Source: Squalus acanthias (Eukaryota). From it: a stretch of DNA of 64,000 bases. Below, piece after piece: positions 59,890-64,000 of this stretch; positions within the stretch are counted from its first letter, which is position 1; each line of letters starts with the position of its first letter. A program made the position numbers and the translations under genes. The notes beneath the pieces were generated by a model. The model was not told the origin of the DNA. It searched no databases and saw nothing but the letters and a program-made list of their open reading frames with translations. Location of the stretch: NCBI GenBank assembly GCA_030390025.1, contig CM059432.1, forward strand, positions 17,548,001 to 17,612,000. The letters run 5' to 3'.

Positions 59890-61660
59890 TAAGCCCCGAT
59901 TTGAAGCCAACCCGACTGACGGGTATAGGGCAGTGAGGGGATAAAATGGTGAACACTGATTTGCCGTCCATTCCCGGTGATTGCCATTTTAACTCTGGAG
60001 CTGATTCGGGTGGCAAATGAGCCCATCAGAAACAGGCAGGAGTCTCATGGCTAAATTCAAATTGGGGTCCTGTAACGTCATTAGGACCCTGATGTGATTT
60101 TAACTGGGCAAAGACTGCTGAGCAAAACCTAGCGTTGTGCTCCACCAATCTCTCCAAGGTGGACGCCTGCTTCTCCTAGCGAGAGCACATGCTTGAGCCC
60201 AGAGCCTGCATGACAGCCGTTTGAGTTTCCACCAAAGCTGCAAAGGTTGTGAACGTTGGCTCCCCTTGTGAAGGCCTGGCTGCAGTGTCTCTAGAGGTGG
60301 CCACACTCTCTAAGGTAGACTGCAGAGTGCTCATGCCCTGGGAGATGACACCACGCAAGCATGTGTAACTAGCAGTTTTCTGTCCATAGCTGAGCCCCCT
60401 GAAGTCCTCATCCCCATCCTCAGCAGAACTGGGAGAGGGCCTTGCCCTCTGGTGAGCTGTCTCCTGGGCTGTCCCTGCCACCAGTACGTGCCTCTGATAA
60501 CTAGTGCTGGATACATCACCACATACGGACCCTTCCAACTCACTCACTAACCCAGCCCGGAGCCAATTTCTGCACTAGTGCTTGAAAGTGATGGAACGTG
60601 TGAAGTTACCTCCTCAGAGGGACTCACCTCTTCCTTTTCCTTTGATTGGCACATATTAGTGAACTGTATTTTGACACTCCCTAGTCCAATGAACTGCTGT
60701 CTCATTTGCTCCCATGACATAGCTGGGCTGCGGCTGCTGAGAAGGACCTAGAAGAAAGAGAAAAGGAACAAGAGTTACGATGGCACTGAGAAGCTGAACA
60801 GTAGCTGATGGCAACTTGATGTATTGAGAATGCATTTTTCAGAGGTTCATGAAGGAGTGCAAGTAGCAGTCTGAGACCCTGGCTCGAAATGTCCTATTCT
60901 GCCAACTCTGGAGAGGCCACTGATTTCAACCGCTTGCTTCTCCAGCTTGGAGAGATTCATGATGTTGGCTGGTTTCCCTTCCTCCCACCTCCCCCCTCAC
61001 CCCTGTCTTACTCCTCTCCCTTGTGTTGTGCGCTGTTTTGTCCTGCAGAGTGAGAGCATGATTGTCTTCAAGAAATGACAGTTCGCATGTGTGGGGCTTC
61101 TGCTTGTTATGCTGAGTGAGAAGAACCAAATGGAATCAGGATGGGGAAGTGTTGATGGAAAGCAGGTGCGTGGAGTGTAAGTGAAGAAGGAGCCATGAGG
61201 GAAGTTGGTGACTGTGCAAAAGCTAGCAAGTGTGAAGAGTGTGCTGCTAGTGGCTACTGTGAACGGAGCAAGGAAGAGGTGAGTGTGTGTTTGTAATAAG
61301 AAAGAGAAGTGGTATAGTGTGCCCTTGTGCCGATGCGCTATTGCCCATTTTGCGCTACCGCACAAGACAAGTTTCACCCCCATTGAGCTTTTGAAGGGCC
61401 AGCAAGATGAAGCTGAAGGAAACCTTTCTCCTGCAACAAAGTCATCACGTCAAAGTCACCTGGTCAACATCTTCTATGCTCAATAATGAGCTCCTCATGG
61501 CAAGTGAGGCGGTACAGCATAGCTGCTTTTCCACTGATGGTTCTTCTTCTTTGAAAAAAAGACCAAACAGATGCTTTCAGCATAAGAAGGTAACATGAGG
61601 GATGCCTCAGTGACCAGTGTGCATTCCAGCTGGTGTGAAAGGATGACACGAGGAGCCTGG
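59890..61660 (-). mobile_element. Highly degraded Harbinger remnant (Myb gene fragments)
   Basis: LQDKTAHNTRERSKTG and RARPSPSSAEDGDEDFRG resemble Myb exons 2 and 3 of the other Harbingers in this window. Confidence 0.6.
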
Positions 61661-61677
61661 TGACAAAACAAGCAACG

Positions 61678-62208
61678 GTGAAGGATATACTTGCATTGGA
61701 GGCAGTTCAGAGACGATTCACTCGGTTGATTCCTGAGATGAGGGGGTTGTCTTATGAAGAAAGGTTGAGCAGGCTGGGCCTATACTCATTGGAATTTAGA
61801 AGAATGAGAGGTGATCTTATTGAAACATATAAGATACTGAGGAGGCTCGACAAGGTAGATGCAGAGAGGATGTTTCCCCTCGTGGGGAAATCTAGAACTC
61901 GGGGGCATAGTTTTAGAATAAAGGGTCGCCCTTTTAGAACTGAGATGAGGAGGAATTTCTTCTCTCAGAGGGTCGTAATTCTGTGGAATTCTCTGCCCCA
62001 GAGAGCCGTGGAGGCTGGGTCATTAAATACATTTAAGGTGGAGATAGACAGATTTTTGCAAGATAAGGGAGTGAAGGGTTATGGGGAGCGGGCAGGGAAG
62101 TGGCTTTGCGCCCAAGATCAGCCGTGATCTTATTGAATGGCAGAGCAGGCTCGAGGGGCCAAGTGGCCTATTCCTGCTCCTATTTCTTATGTTCTTATGT
62201 TCTTATGT
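61678..62208 (+). mobile_element. CR1 3' fragment
   Basis: KDILALEAVQRRFTRLIP...FFSQRVV; (TTCTTATG)n tail. Confidence 0.92.
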
Positions 62209-62482
62209 GTGGCAAAGAAAGCCACAAAATTGCATCTACCGCTTTATAGACAACCTAGTTTGGGGTGGGATAAGATGTGAGGGGTGGGTCCAGTACTTTA
62301 CAAACTGCATTGCTGATGTGGCATCATCCTATTGGCTGAGTGCTTGGTGCATGCGTAGTACAGGTATTTCTTTCCTTTGAGTGGCACATTTAGTGAACTC
62401 TACCGTGACACTTTGCCCCAGTCCAAAGAACTTCTGTCTTATTTGCTCCCATGACACATGGACATGGGAGACTGAAATTACA

Positions 62483-64000
62483 GGGGGAATTTTCCAGGGG
62501 GTCACCGGGTGCGATCGGTGGCGGGTCAGGTGGGAAAATGTTTTTTTTGATAGCCAGTCAGGACCCCGCTGTCAACCCGCCACCACGTGCCTTTACCAAA
62601 TGTCGGGTCTGTCAGCGCTGAGCAGACCCGACACGCAGCGGTGGGGGAGGCAATTCAAGTCATTATGACCTTGATAACAGAGGATTAACAACAATTTTCA
62701 GCTCACCTTTAGAATTTACCAGCTCGCCAACGGGGTCCACGCTGCTCGGGGATCACGTCTGTTAAGCTGGGCGGGAGTTGAATGGCCATGGAATCATCTC
62801 ATTACTTGACAGCTTGAAATGTGCTATAAAAGCTCCCATCTCACAGCTGTTTACTTTCCAAGCTCAGAAGCTGTTGCTTACTGCATTTGTAACACAGGTT
62901 TATGCAGGTTGCAAGAGTTTGGAGCAAAGTCTCTATCCAGTGTCATCTCATTGGAACAATCTCTCACCATTGACAGATCGCTTCTGTCATCTCAAGTTCA
63001 CCTGCCATCTATTCCATCAGCATGGGTACGGTTTATACTCTCTCACCTTGGTCCTCAGAATCTGACCACGATCAGCTGCAACACCAGCATCACCAGGCAC
63101 ACCAGTAGCACCAACAACAACACCAACCTTCTCCGCAAAAACCTGATGCTGCACAGGACACGGCATCAGCATCCGACCACATTGCTGCCCGGGATGCCAG
63201 GGATGGCCTCACCATGGCCACATTTACTTCACTGACACTGTACACCCTGGCTGCCACATGATGCGCCAGGTTGGTACCAGTCCACACCAACACCATAAAG
63301 CATCCCTACAATGCCCAAGCCATTCCTTTCACACTCATCACCATTGTGGGGGTACCGTTATGTCTCACCATTCACTGCAACTCACTAAGCCACTTCCAAA
63401 GGTGCACACAAATCTGTCCAAGAACGCAAAGTGTTGAAAACAAAGATTTCAATGTTTGACAGCACATTAACAGAACCTTCACATGAACATTGGCTAAAAC
63501 ACACAAGTGCCTACCCTTGTGTGATGTTAGTTGGTATGATTGGACTAGGATGAGGGTGAGTGTGAGAGGTGGCTAGTGAGATGGGGAAGTGATAATGTAG
63601 ATAGAGAGAGATGGGTGGAGGTGCAAGGTAAGTTGGTGTGAGTAAGGATGTGCAGGAGTAGGGCAGGGAAGGCAGAGTGATGGGGATGTGATGAGTGGCA
63701 CAGCAGGATGAGGTGGAGTATGGCTTTGCAGTAACATTTCGTGATCTATTGAGATCATTGAAAGGTTTGCGCCACTGCAGCCTGGTCCTCCTGACGACAT
63801 CCCTACTTGTGTCCTCCTGTGCAATGTGCAACCAGGCTGCGTTGGTCTCCTGGGGAGGTCTCTTTCACCCATTGGAAGGGAAAAGGACCTCCCTGTGTGC
63901 TCTGACTCCCTCCATGTGCTTATGGGAGTCATGGGAGAGCCTGGGTGCAGCCATGCACCTCTGTGCAGTGCTCGTCAGTGCTTGCAGCACCTCAATGCTG
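62483..64000. mobile_element. Internally deleted Harbinger element running off the window end
   Basis: Starts GGGGGAATTTTCC; minus-strand Myb exon 1 remnant HIAQE...RTRLQWRKPFNDL at ~63690-63930. Confidence 0.6.

Overview
Eukaryotic, repeat-saturated vertebrate genomic DNA. The CR1, L2, Deu-type SINE and Penelope-like repertoire suggests a cartilaginous fish (inference). Almost all long ORFs are transposon-derived: CR1 LINEs (zinc-finger/SGNH-esterase ORF1, APE-RT ORF2), L2-like LINEs, two large and further partial PIF/Harbinger transposons (DDE transposase plus intron-containing Myb/SANT gene), many Harbinger and Tc1/pogo MITEs, two solo LTRs, and hammerhead-bearing Penelope-like fragments, much of it deeply nested. 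The standout is a minus-strand LTR element at 42374-55020 (TG...CA ends, 4-bp TSD GATA, ~1.65-kb 3' LTR split by a Harbinger, gag-pol deleted). It keeps an env gene built as signal peptide, Ig-like domain, Thr/Pro linker, short F2-like segment, RQRR furin site, foamy-virus-TM/paramyxo-F-like fusion subunit and TM helix. No host gene could be named; only a few candidate micro-exons and one CpG-rich promoter-like stretch were seen. All family assignments come from motif recognition by eye, not database searches.
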